A stretch of 62,676 nucleotides of DNA, filler included, from Nemertoderma westbladi (Eukaryota > Animalia > Xenacoelomorpha): the NCBI GenBank assembly GCA_032718475.1. It is 3 parts of 3 records of this genome, joined end to end, with 100 filler letters (N's around TTAATTAATTAA, not from the genome) between each part and the next. Parts side by side here need not be neighbours in the genome. Positions count along the whole stretch, not along the records: positions 1 to 29,798 come from JAUCBJ010004621.1; 2 more parts are not named here. One strand, 5' to 3'. The translations under genes were made by a program, and so were the position numbers. The notes below the pieces were generated by a model. The model made no database searches. It had not been told where the DNA came from and worked only from the letters and a program-made list of their open reading frames with translations. Numbering within the stretch: the stretch's first letter is position 1; each line of letters starts with the position of its first letter. This document shows positions 12,977-23,650 of the stretch, in pieces.

Positions 12977-13372
12977 ATGCATCGTTCAGAGGAGAAGAAA
13001 ACATTGAGTGGATCGGCACAGAACGCCATAATGGTTGAGCAAATTAAGAGAGATACGAAATTCTACAAGCCGCAAACAAAGTACCAAGTACATCCGCTAA
13101 AGAAGATGCATCTGATATCGGCGAAACCCAATACAAAGCCGTCGAGAGAAGATCAACCCGACAAAGAATTTGTAGAGAAATTTCGAGCCGCCAAGAAGGC
13201 ACCAAAGTCGAAGTTCATCGAACCGCAGACGGCGTCCCAGGAAATAGGGTGGGACAACGAGCCGTTAATCGAGTCGGATAGAAACGATCCGAGATTGCAT
13301 CGGCCACGAGTCACTTCGGGACTCACCAATTATATGCAATCTTTGTTCGCAAAATGTGCTAATAGTAAATAG
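12977..13372 (+). CDS. CFAP144: Cilia- and flagella-associated protein 144 / FAM183-like, single coding exon, 131 aa
   Basis: Length and motifs QN.I..E, Y.V.PL.K.H....KP, P..K..E.QT..QEIGWD.E.LI and D.RL...RV.S..T.Y match FAM183A as I recall it. Confidence 0.85.
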   Translation: MHRSEEKKTLSGSAQNAIMVEQIKRDTKFYKPQTKYQVHPLKKMHLISAKPNTKPSREDQPDKEFVEKFRAAKKAPKSKFIEPQTASQEIGWDNEPLIESDRNDPRLHRPRVTSGLTNYMQSLFAKCANSK

Positions 13373-13649
13373 ATATTGCAAGTAAATTTTGCAGAATGCA
13401 GTGCCACCAATTATATAATTTATTGATTTTGATTAAACATTTAAGTTTATGTTAAAATATATGGCAAGGCACGTGCAGTAAGCGAAGGTTTGGCAAACAA
13501 ACGATGCCAGGGTAGGCATCAGTAAGGCCGGTTGAAATTTGATCACAAATAAGCATTAGTTGTTAGATTTGGAAATGCTAATAAATTTCAAAGATTTTTA
13601 AAGCAGTGGCTTTTAAAACTTTTAAAAACATTAAAAATTGTAATTTTGT

Positions 13650-14058
13650 CAGTGCTGCCCATGAGCTGAGGAGCAGTTCGCTCCATTGATTCGGACAGTA
13701 CGCCTACGTCATCGGCAAGGTACTTGACTGGCCAATAGGGTGAGTTACCATCACCTCATCCTTAACCTAATGCTTTAAGGACATGCGTAAGAAATAGTCC
13801 ACAGCAATTATGAACAAGAATGAGACAAGTTTGTCACACTGACGTCACTCTGTGTCAACATCAATGGTATAGACATAAATGTTGTGTAACCCTAGTACAG
13901 TGATCTGATAACCGCAATAATTTACTCAGGCATCCCATATGCTGCAACTATGCAGTCAACAAGCAGCCTTAATGCAGCCTTAATAAAGTCAACAAAACAA
14001 CAAGACGTGTGTCTCTCTTTGTAGATATCTATTCAGAATGGGCTCCATGGTCGTCCCA
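13650..14058 (-). mobile_element. Old, deleted RTE RT fragment
   Basis: The reverse complement resembles 52345-52830 (gggacgaccatggagcccatt, gttgacttt, cttgttcataattgctgtggactat, gccgatgacgtagg). Confidence 0.65.
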
Positions 14059-14300
14059 CAATTTTTACTAAACCAATTTTGGCGCCCACAGTATCTCAAC
14101 AGAATATTGTATGTATATTGTAGGTTTGTGTATTGTTATGTATAGGATATTGTATAGCTTTGCAGTAATCGAGATCTGTAATGTGTTAGGCTGCCCTTCT
14201 TGGGTACTGGAACCAATAAATTCGGTTTCATTTCTTGTAGGTCTGTGGTAGTTTAAGAAAGAGAAACGGGAATCAAAAAATAGGGTAAAGAGGTAGGCTT

Positions 14301-17300
14301 TAGTCAGGTAGACAGAGGGGTCCACCGTGACTTTGGGTCATCACGCATTTTTATTTGCTTAAACTTTAGTCGGACCTTAGAGTAATCAAAATCCATCGGG
14401 TGCCACTTCGGCACCTTTGGGGAACTTTTTATAAAGCCCTTAACCTAAGTTTCCATAGCAACCAGCATACAAGGTTTTATTTTGAGATATATGCGACCTT
14501 GCACCTATTGCCACAGCTCTTGTTAATTATTCTGAATAAGATTTCTAGAAGATTAGTTCCCATAGCAACATTATTAATTATTAATTTTGGCCTTTGGTAT
14601 GTTTATTAAGATTACTATTATCCAACTATTAAACTGCTAACTATTAAACTCCAGCCAACTATTAAACTTTTGATTATTTATGTAACTATTTATAAAAGCA
14701 AGCAATTATCATCATTGACGTTTATCTTTCCAACGATTGCAGAAAATAGGTACAGTAGATTCAATGTGCCATCATTCTTTACTGCGTACCTATCTGGGAA
14801 GGGTATCTATCCAAAATATTATCCATTACTGGTATTACGAAAGTTAATCAATCAGCTAGAAGAGTTGTATGTTTATTACATTATTTATTTAAACGGAACA
14901 TTGCTTTAAACATTGTATTTATTTTTACACTTTGAAGTGGTGCCGGTGCATATTGTAGTTCATGGTAGAGCGGCTATAGAGCAGCCGCTTCGATTGGAAG
15001 AACAGGCACTTTCGGACTTGCAATTACAAGATATAGTTTTAAGGATCGAAATTGGGGCAATGGATGAGACGCCAGGATCCGTTATCAGTTTGTCATTGAT
15101 CGCTATCCAACCAAACTTGTTAACAGCCAACAGTGGAGGTGCAGGATCATCAGCAGCTCTCCACAAAAGAACTTGCAAACGAGCCCGTTTTACATATTGT
15201 ACAGCGGCACTCTGTGTGGGGGGAAGGTTGAATACTTTAGGGTGTTGCTTCTTTGTAGTGAATAGCCTATGTCGAAGTTCATTCGGAGTATCCGATATGC
15301 CACCACCATAGAGGTGTATAATGAACGAGAGGCCTATTTGTAGCCATTCTTCTTCTGTAACATTTGGATCACTAAAAATCTGCGGGGATTCGTGCAACCT
15401 ACACATCAATTTGATTGCGTTCTTTTTCCCCTTCCCATATGGATATGATACTGTATCCCAACCAGATAAAGCGTGTAAAGAAAGGAGATAAGCACACTGA
15501 TTTCCGAGTTGGATAGCAGTGCTGTTGATATTTATGATTTTTCCATTAAATCGACGTATAGAGAGTTGAACAGTTGGTTGATATAGCCAGAAGAAGAAGA
15601 AGAATACTGCTAGTACGAAAATGTCTGTATCTTCTGTTGTTATTTATATATGTCTGTTGTTGTCATAATCAGATAACTTTAACATGTAACTGATAATAGT
15701 AACATCAGCTTCTTCATGTTCGAATATATTATTAGGTGGTGTTACATGGTGGTGGTTTCTTATTACAAGGTGTAATGATTTATGTGTTGTATAATTACAC
15801 ATTTGTTTATTGTTCACAGACTTCATAATAGTGTCTCTGGAAGGTAGAATTGTTTCTAGTGATAGTTCATATTGTTGATAACTGTTGGATTTATTACGCG
15901 TTTCCCTTTCTGAAGATTTAATGCTACCTGGAAAGTAACGATCAAATATTATATACGTTTCATGATGGTGTTCAGCTACTGTATCTGTATATTTGCTGCA
16001 GTAGGCATCACAAAAAGCTGCTACAGATAACTTGTTAGACCAATTAATACCGGTATGGTATAGCGAAGCATTTCCATCAACTACAGTAGTTCCAAATCAA
16101 CAGGGGGGAGTGGGTTGGCCCCATTTACAACCAGAGAAACCATATCAGATTTCTTTCCGGAACGTAATTCACCATACTCATTGAATAGTGATGGAGGTAA
16201 TGGCCGCATAGTTCATAGCTAAACAATTCTAACAAATCAATATTGCGTTTCTGTGAGACAATCAAAAGTCTTGCGTATAATCTCTCCATATCTTAGGTCT
16301 TGCATAACCATGTTTGCCACGTGTGGGTTTCAAATCCATAGTTAAAACTGAGCGTGTTATTTATTATCTGGTAGAAACCATTTGGGAGAGTTGATTTGAA
16401 TGCCCTTGCCGACTCCAACTCCAACTTTACGGCATTATCGACATTGACTTCTGGTGAAGCTATACGACCATTCACAATATTGATCAACTCATTAGTATCA
16501 TTAAAGCCAAATGGATCCTTGCACTTTTTTAATGTTCGAAGTATACTGATTCTATCACCGGCATCAAGATGCCGCCGCTTAGTGCTGTAGTGCCTTCCTC
16601 TTTATGTCGTCTAAGGCCGCGTTTACACTTACCGAGTCAAAGTCTAGGTCAAAATAAAATAAATATAGCTAGCTAGTAGGCCTAATCATAAATAATAATA
16701 CATTATATAGGCCTAATATAATACATAAGGGGATTCTAGAAAAAATGTAATTTCATGTTTTGTGATTTACATTTTGTCTTTTGACTTTGACTTTGACTCG
16801 GTAGTGTGAACGCGGCCTTAAATCACCTTCAAGATTTTCATCATCCTCCACTGACCCAGAATCAAACATGTTATCCACACCCAAGGCAAACATATTGCCT
16901 ATGTGGTGGGATAACACCCAAATGGTCGACTGTTCTTGGGACAGAGTTTTCCCCTTCAATCCACCAAGTGACTTCCCCTTTCTTATGTTTTTACTTTTTG
17001 CTTATTCTGGAATATTTTAGAATAAATATTTTCAATTTAGCTAAATCATTTTCAACACAACTAAAACTGCTAACAACCATAAAAAACACTAGCTATGTAA
17101 AATACAAAACAAGTAACGTAATATTATTTTTTGATTTTATGAATAAATGTGCCGCTGTGTGCTGCTATAAAAAATACTAGCTATATCAATTTCAATAAGT
17201 AAGACTAATCACCAATAAAGTGTGTGTGTAAACCAAGTTAAATTACGAGGCGGTAGGCAATATAGAAACGAAGCGGTTAACGAAACGGTGGTGAACAATA

Positions 17301-17700
17301 AATAAAACAAACGTGCATAGGCGTAGGCCTACATACCGTTAAAAGATTTGCAAAATATGGGTAATCAAAGTTTTCAAATCATAGCTAAGTATACAATACA
17401 GCAATTACAGTATATTCAGATCTAAACATATACAGATATACATAGTTGTTTATCTCTGTTCTAGAACACTTAATTTAATTACTCCAGTAACAAACGTTTA
17501 TAATTTAATGCAATTTTTGGAATAGGTTGAATAATTTGCACTTGTATTTTATGCTGTAAAAAAATTCCCCAAGGTATCCCAACTGGCACCCGGTGAATAT
17601 TTACATTATTATTATCAGGGAAGACATTGAGAAAATAAAATTGCGTGATGACCCAAGTTCACGGTCCTCCCTTGAGCTCTATTGAGCGTCTACTGGACTA
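14301..17700 (-). mobile_element. Internally deleted Academ (XPG-nuclease type) DNA transposon
   Basis: Imperfect TIRs of about 140 bp starting TAGTC(A/C)..TAGAC..ttgggtcatcacgca; 3-bp TSD CTT (14298-14300, 17701-17703). Broken ORF with VVDG, IFDRY, HEEADV, EDTDIFVL, LSGWDT..YGKGK, LPPT..RA.LQ..W and a C-terminal Cys-rich finger. Confidence 0.85.
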
Positions 17701-18362
17701 CTTGGATAATTACAGCGAATGGGTGAATTACACCAAATGTGAAATAAAATAATAATTAAGTTAAATTTAGTTAGATGGAAGTTTGTCTAAATAAAATTTG
17801 CAGATATAAAAAGAAAATTATTATTGAAAAAAATAAATAAGATATAAAAAACAAAAAGATTAAAATAAAAGAAACACAATCTATGGAATATATATCATCC
17901 TCCAGTAGTTGAGGATTTGTGTGGGACAGAACCTCGACAGCCCATCTCACAGGGTGAGGATGGTTCCGAGGATAGAGGCATAAAGGCCGAGTTGCCGATA
18001 AGTGTGGCAATGAGGAGAGGTTGTAGCAGGGAGCGGTAGCAGCGAGGCGACATATAGACGAAATCCGACTCAGCGCGGGGTGTCTCAGGGAGAACGTTTA
18101 CACGATTGTCACCTCCCATATCGCGGTGCGGCAGCAGCTCAACGGGGTTAGTGTAACGCGTCGTCGTTCTCCCCGGCTCACTCCAGGGGACACTACCGAG
18201 CATCATCCCGAGTTACCAGTGCATCCATGATATCATTGACCATCGTGGATGGCGGTCGGCACTCCAACAAATCCAAGACCTGTTTTGAAGCCCATCTGCT
18301 GAAAGGAAAGACTGGAGGCCGTGTATAGGCCCCCGAGAGATTTGTACACCCATAGAGTGTAC

Positions 18363-19150
18363 CAGTAGCATACCCCGAGAGAGTAGCACACACCGAGATA
18401 GTAGCACACCCCGAGAGAGTAGCACACCCCGAGAGAGTAGCACATCGCGAGAGAGTAGCACACCCCGAGAGAGTAGCACACACCGAGATAGTAGCACACC
18501 CCGAGAGAGTAGAACACCCCGAGAGAGTAGCACATCGCGAGAGAGTAGCTCACCCCGAGAGAGTAGCACATCGTGAGAGCACCCCGAGAGAGTAGCACAC
18601 CCCGAGAGAGTAGCACACCCAGAGAGAGTAGCAACCCTCGAGAGAGAGCACATCCCGAGAGAGTAGCACACCCAGAGAGAGTAGCACACCCCGAGAGAGT
18701 AGCACACCCCGAGAGAGTAGCACACCCAGAGAGAGTAGAACACCCCGAGAGAGTAGCACATCGCGAGAGAGTAGCTCACCCCGAGAGAGTAGCACATCGT
18801 GAGAGCACCCCGAGAGAGTAGCACACCCAGAGAGAGTAGCAACCCTCGAGAGAGAGCACATCCCGAGAGAGTAGCACACCCCGAAAGAGTGGCACACCCC
18901 GAGAGAGTAGCACATCCCGGATAGAGTAGCACACCCAGAGAGAGTAGCAACCCTCGAGAGAGAGCACATCGCGAATGAGTAGCATACCCCAAGGATTAGC
19001 ACACCCCGACGGAGTAGCACACCCCGAGAGTAACACACCAAGATAGAGTAGCACACCCCGAGAGAGTAGCACACCCCGAGGGAGTAGCACACCCAGAGCG
19101 AGTAGAACACCCCGAGAGTAACACACCAAGATAGAGTAGCACACCCCGAT
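18363..19150. repeat. Degenerate 18-bp minisatellite (cccgagagagtagcacac) with higher-order duplication
   Basis: Visible periodicity; PERVAH and CATLSG 6-aa repeats in the ORF track. Confidence 0.92.
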
Positions 19151-19283
19151 AGAGAGACAGATATCGCCACTGAAGCCAAAATTATAGCGCTTAATAAGAT
19201 TATAGTTTTATCCCTTTTATTATCCTCATTGGCGGCGCACGATTTTTTTTAGGTATCTTAGAAAGCGATGGTTCATAATCCCA

Positions 19284-19577
19284 TAAAAGTTTAAAGTTAA
19301 AAAAGTAAAAAAGTAAAAGTAAATTTTCTTCGGCCGCTAGGCCAGGGATTACGCACAAAGTCTGACGACGTATTTCCAGTGCGGTCCCCCCAGAACTTTA
19401 CTCCCTAGAGGAAACTCCAGTACTCATTAAGCTACCACTTAAGGATGCAAGGCAGAGATGCGCCCTGGCTGGTCCCTTTAAAGCATTCGTGTCGAAACGA
19501 AAACCGCCCTGGCCCATGTGAGGATCGAACCCACGACCTACGGGAGATGTGAATTCAATGCAACCACTACACCAATG
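19284..19577 (-). mobile_element. tRNA-derived SINE, apparently full length
   Basis: Minus strand: A box TGGTGTAGTGG, B box GGTTCGATCC, central gccttgcatccttaagtggtagcttaatgagtac resembling conserved SINE cores, (TTTTAC)n tail. Confidence 0.8.
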
Positions 19578-19867
19578 TTTTTGGAACCATTTTTAGTAAT
19601 AAATTAACAATCTAACAATGTAATAATAATTATTAATTATATTTATTACTTCAACTCATATGGGTTTTTAATCTATCCCCATTTTATTTATTCCATCGCC
19701 ATTTTATTCCATGTTTTAAAATTTCCTTCTTTAATACTATTTAACCATTTAACTATTTAACCAAGAAGTAATTTTGTTTTTCTGCCGTTATCAGATGAGA
19801 GCTACTGTATCTACGATGTCAGTGAGTCTTACCGTAGTGTTATTTAGTCGCTTTTATTCTGTTGCAG

Positions 19868-19963
19868 ATAAAAAACGAGAAGCTTGATTTTAAGAATAAA
19901 ACCGAAAGTCGAATAGGTTCCTTGGCGAACGTGAAACACAAAGCTGGAGGTGGTGATATCAAG
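19868..19963 (+). CDS. tau: Tau/MAP2/MAP4 microtubule-binding repeat exon 1 (IKNEKLDFKNKTESRIGSLANVKHKAGGGDIK)
   Basis: 96 nt, AG/GT, phase 0-0; KLDF, RIGS (KXGS-like) and H..GGG motifs. Confidence 0.9.
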
Positions 19964-20009
19964 GTTGGTACACTAAGGGGACCCATTGATCTGCCCTAGA
20001 GCAGACCCA

Positions 20010-20540
20010 TCTATGGGAGTCCATGCTGGGCTCTAACTGCTGAAGACACCAAATCTCTGGATGGCACATTCACAAGAATGCTACGTCGTGTTCACCGTGT
20101 CAAGTACAATGCACACATCTCCAACCAGACACTATATAACATTGGAGGTGTCTCATTGGTTCCCCCAAGCGGGACACTAGCTCAAAGCCGCTTCCGCTTT
20201 GTGGGACATTGTTTTCGCCGTGAGGACCCGACTGTGCACATGCACAATCTTGTGCTTTGGCAGCCCATGGAGAATATAAGCGTGGTGGACAGCCCATGAC
20301 TTTCGTGAGACGCCTCCTAAAGAACACTGGCCTTGAAGACGAAGATAATCTCGCGAAAGTCATGGGTGATAGGGAGATGCGGCAGCACAACTTTGTTGAT
20401 AAGCCGGCATAGCATACCTAATGCACGCTGCATTGTACTTGCCAATTGTGGATTTCATGGTGGTGACAAAATGTTTTTGTTAAGCTGACATAGCATCTCA
20501 ACGTGCAGTTTCAATGCATCAGGCCGATTATAGTAGTAGT
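20010..20540 (+). mobile_element. RTE 3' fragment(s)
   Basis: MLRRVHRVKYNAHISNQTLY.. matches the other copies; tagtagtagt tail near 20531-20540. Confidence 0.88.
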
Positions 20541-20559
20541 ATGGCAAGCCCAATGCAAT

Positions 20560-21057
20560 GTGCATTAAGGATGCAATGCCGGCTTATCAATAAAATTGCG
20601 CCGCCACAATTCCCTATCCCCAAGTCTTTCGCAGATTATTCACATCTTCAAGGCCAGTGTCCGTTAAGATGCATCTTAAGACAGTCATGGGCTGTTCACC
20701 ATGCTTGTTTTCTCCATGGGGCTGTCAAAGCGCAAGATTGTGCACAGGCGGGCCCTTACGGCGAAAACAATATCCTGCAAAGCAGAGGCGGCTTTGTTCA
20801 AGTATCAAGCTTGGGGGATCCAATGAGACACCTCTATTGTTATATAGTGTCTGGTTGGAGATGTATGCATTGTAATTGACACAGTGCACCCGATGTAGCA
20901 TTATCGTGAAAGGCGGTATCAAGTTTCTTGGTGTCATCAGCAGTTAGAGCCCAGCATGGACTCTCTTAGAGGAGTATTGGAACTACTGCTGATCTAAATA
21001 ATCGGATCTTAAGTTACTATGAATTCTGTGTGACTTCCACATCCTGGAAAGCCTATT
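20560..21057 (-). mobile_element. RTE 3' fragment, inverted relative to the preceding copy
   Basis: Reverse complement matches 8260-8760. Confidence 0.88.
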
Positions 21058-21071
21058 CTGGTGATACATCA

Positions 21072-21740
21072 GTCTGTCCTAGAGGTGACCCAACTGGCCG
21101 TCCTAGAAGAGGCCCATCGGTCTGTCCAAGAGGTGACCCAACCGGTGCCGTCCTAGAGGAGACCCATCGGTCTGTCCTAGAGGTGACCCAACCGGTGCCG
21201 TCCTAGAGGAGACCCATCGGTATGTACTAGAGGTGACCCAACCGGTGCCGTCCTAGAGGAGACCCATCGGTATGTACTAGAAGTGACCCAACCGGTGCCG
21301 TCCTAGAGGAGACCCATTGGTATGTACTAGAGGTGACCCAACCGGTGCCGTCCTAGAGGAGACCCATCGGTATGTACTAGAGGTGACCCAACCGGTGCCG
21401 TCCTAGAGGAGACCCATCGGTATGTACTAGAGGTGACCCAACCGGTGCCGTCCTAGAGGAGACCCATCGGTATGTACTAGAGGTGACCAAACCGGTGCCG
21501 TCCTAGAGGAGACCCATCGGTATGTACTAGAGGTGACCCAACCGGTGCCGTCCTAGAGGAGACCCATCGGTCTGTCCTAGAGGTGACCCAACCGGTGCCG
21601 TCCTAGAGGAGACCCATCGGTATGTACTAGAGGTGACCCAACCGGTGCCGTCCTAGAGGAGACCCATCGGTCTGTCCTAGAGGTGACCCAACCGGTGCCG
21701 ACCTAGAGGAGACCCATCGGTATGTACTAGAGGTGACCTA
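21072..21740. repeat. 50-bp minisatellite built of 24+26-bp subunits (ctagaggagacccatcggtatgta / ctagaggtgacccaaccggtgccgtc), about 13 copies
   Basis: Direct 50-nt periodicity; degenerate subunits also occur at 19973-20010. Confidence 0.93.
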
Positions 21741-21855
21741 GCTGGACTGTTGTCATAAACTAAACACATATGTTTACCTCCGTAGGTATTATTACTTCTG
21801 CATTGAGCAGGCTAAGTTTGCTCGCCTAGTTTTATTGCATTATGACTTGTTTTAG

Positions 21856-21952
21856 ATATCTGAACCAAAAGCTAGACTTTAAGGAAAAGGCCGCGTCTAA
21901 GGTTGGATCTAAAGACTTCATAGATCATGTGGCTGGAGGTGGTGATGTTAAG
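21856..21952 (+). CDS. tau: Tau-like repeat exon 2 (..QKLDFKEKAASKVGSKDFIDHVAGGGDVK); 97 nt as assembled
   Basis: ttttAG acceptor, aag|GTAAGT donor, KVGS and HVAGGG motifs; one base longer than the sister exons. Confidence 0.82.
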
Positions 21953-23400
21953 GTAAGTTACTGGTACGGTGTACGCACCCGAGAATATATGTATTTCTCT
22001 CACCAGTTTACCAAAAAGTTACGGTACGACACTACACTGTAATAGGTTTGGTGCGCCGATAAATTGTTAGGTCTGTTTCCGCACTGCTTTTCATAAACAA
22101 ATGAATAAAGTGGTAACACGTTCCCTTAATAATTGAGTGGGGGGGGGGGGGTGGTTTAAGGGGGGGGGGGGGGGGGGGGGGTGCGAGTTTTTTTTTAAAA
22201 CATGAGAGGAAACTGTCGAAATTGCGGGTTTAAGAAATCGCGAATTTTGATAATCGACTGTGATTGGCTATTGCAGATCTGACGTCACATGTCTGTGATG
22301 CCTTTGCATCTAACCTTGCGTTCTTATGAAGATTGAGTTCCGATCCATTCAAAAACACATTAATTCTCAATCATTTTCCACCTGGGCCGGGTAACTCTAA
22401 AATTTAGAGATTGACCTTGAAACTATTACAACTATACCTATCTGAAATATTTCATGGTTAACGTCAAGATAGACTTGAGAATTTCCTCAAGGTAAACTTG
22501 AAATTTCAAGCCCGTAACACAGAAAATCTTGACTTGAATTCAAGTCAAGGTCCGAGATAAATTTCAAGGTAACAATCGAAGAACCTTCAGATTTCAAGGT
22601 ATCCTAAAATTCTTGTTTCAGCTGTTAGCTTTTAGCCTCCCACATCTAATCCCATCATAGTAGCATACAAGAATCCGACAAGAAATGAAAACAAATAAGT
22701 TGGTGCCAGTTCGCAAGAACTTTGAAGGCTTTATATCAGAATGACATTTTTTTCACATGAAAAATACTTCTCCGCTGCCATTTCTTAACCGATTTTTGCA
22801 ATTTTTGATTTTTATGAAAGGTAATTTCGTAAGCTTCAATAAATTTCGGACAGTTTTCTTGATTTCAAACTATTTACCATTTTTTTCTTTATTGTAAAAA
22901 TAGAAAAAATCATGGGTTTTTTTCATTTTTTTTTTGTAATTTTGAATTTTTTTTACAAAATTGCGCATTATCAGAAATAGAAAATGAAATTACAAAAAGT
23001 GGCCGAAAAATATGATGACAATGAAACAGAATGCTGGTTCCAAAATATGTGGTATTGGAAGCAGCGTTTTTTTTTCAAAATTTTTACTGTGAAAAGTTTC
23101 TAAACGGTGAAAAGAAATTTAGAAAATCTCAATTTGTTTAGAAAACCAAAATAATTTGGCGAATCTTAAAGGTGAATTTTGAAAAGTGAAAAGGAGGCCC
23201 GGCCCATGCATTACTACAGTATTGCTTTGTTTTCTACTTTATTTAACCGAGGTTCCACCTTTTTGCAGTGGTTATATTGAATTAAGAAACATTTATTGGG
23301 AAGGAATACTCCATATCATTTGAGTGTGGGGCTTCCCCCCCCCCCCCCCCTTAAATTAATAATTTACTTAATTGATAATTAATTTCATCCATTGTTTCAG

Positions 23401-23496
23401 ATTTTGAACGAAAAGCTCGAGTTTAAAGAGAAAGCTTCACCTAGAGTTGGGTCTAAAGATTATATAGACCACGTGGCAGGTGGTGGTGATGTTAAG
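23401..23496 (+). CDS. tau: Tau-like repeat exon 3 (ILNEKLEFKEKASPRVGSKDYIDHVAGGGDVK)
   Basis: 96 nt, tttcAG / aag|GTAAAT, phase 0-0. Confidence 0.9.
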
Positions 23497-23650
23497 GTAA
23501 TAATTTTACTATAAGTTTACATAAAAGTAATTTAATTGTATTTACTCCTTCAATATGATGTTGTCATTCTAGAGCACAATGGTGTTATCTGAAGTTTAGG
23601 AAGTTTATGTCACTTAAAATGTAAATATGCATGAAGTCCCATATATATAT

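Noticed and set aside
17895-18362. GC-richer segment with short ORFs, possibly a LINE 3' fragment
   Set aside because: No motif I can assign with confidence.
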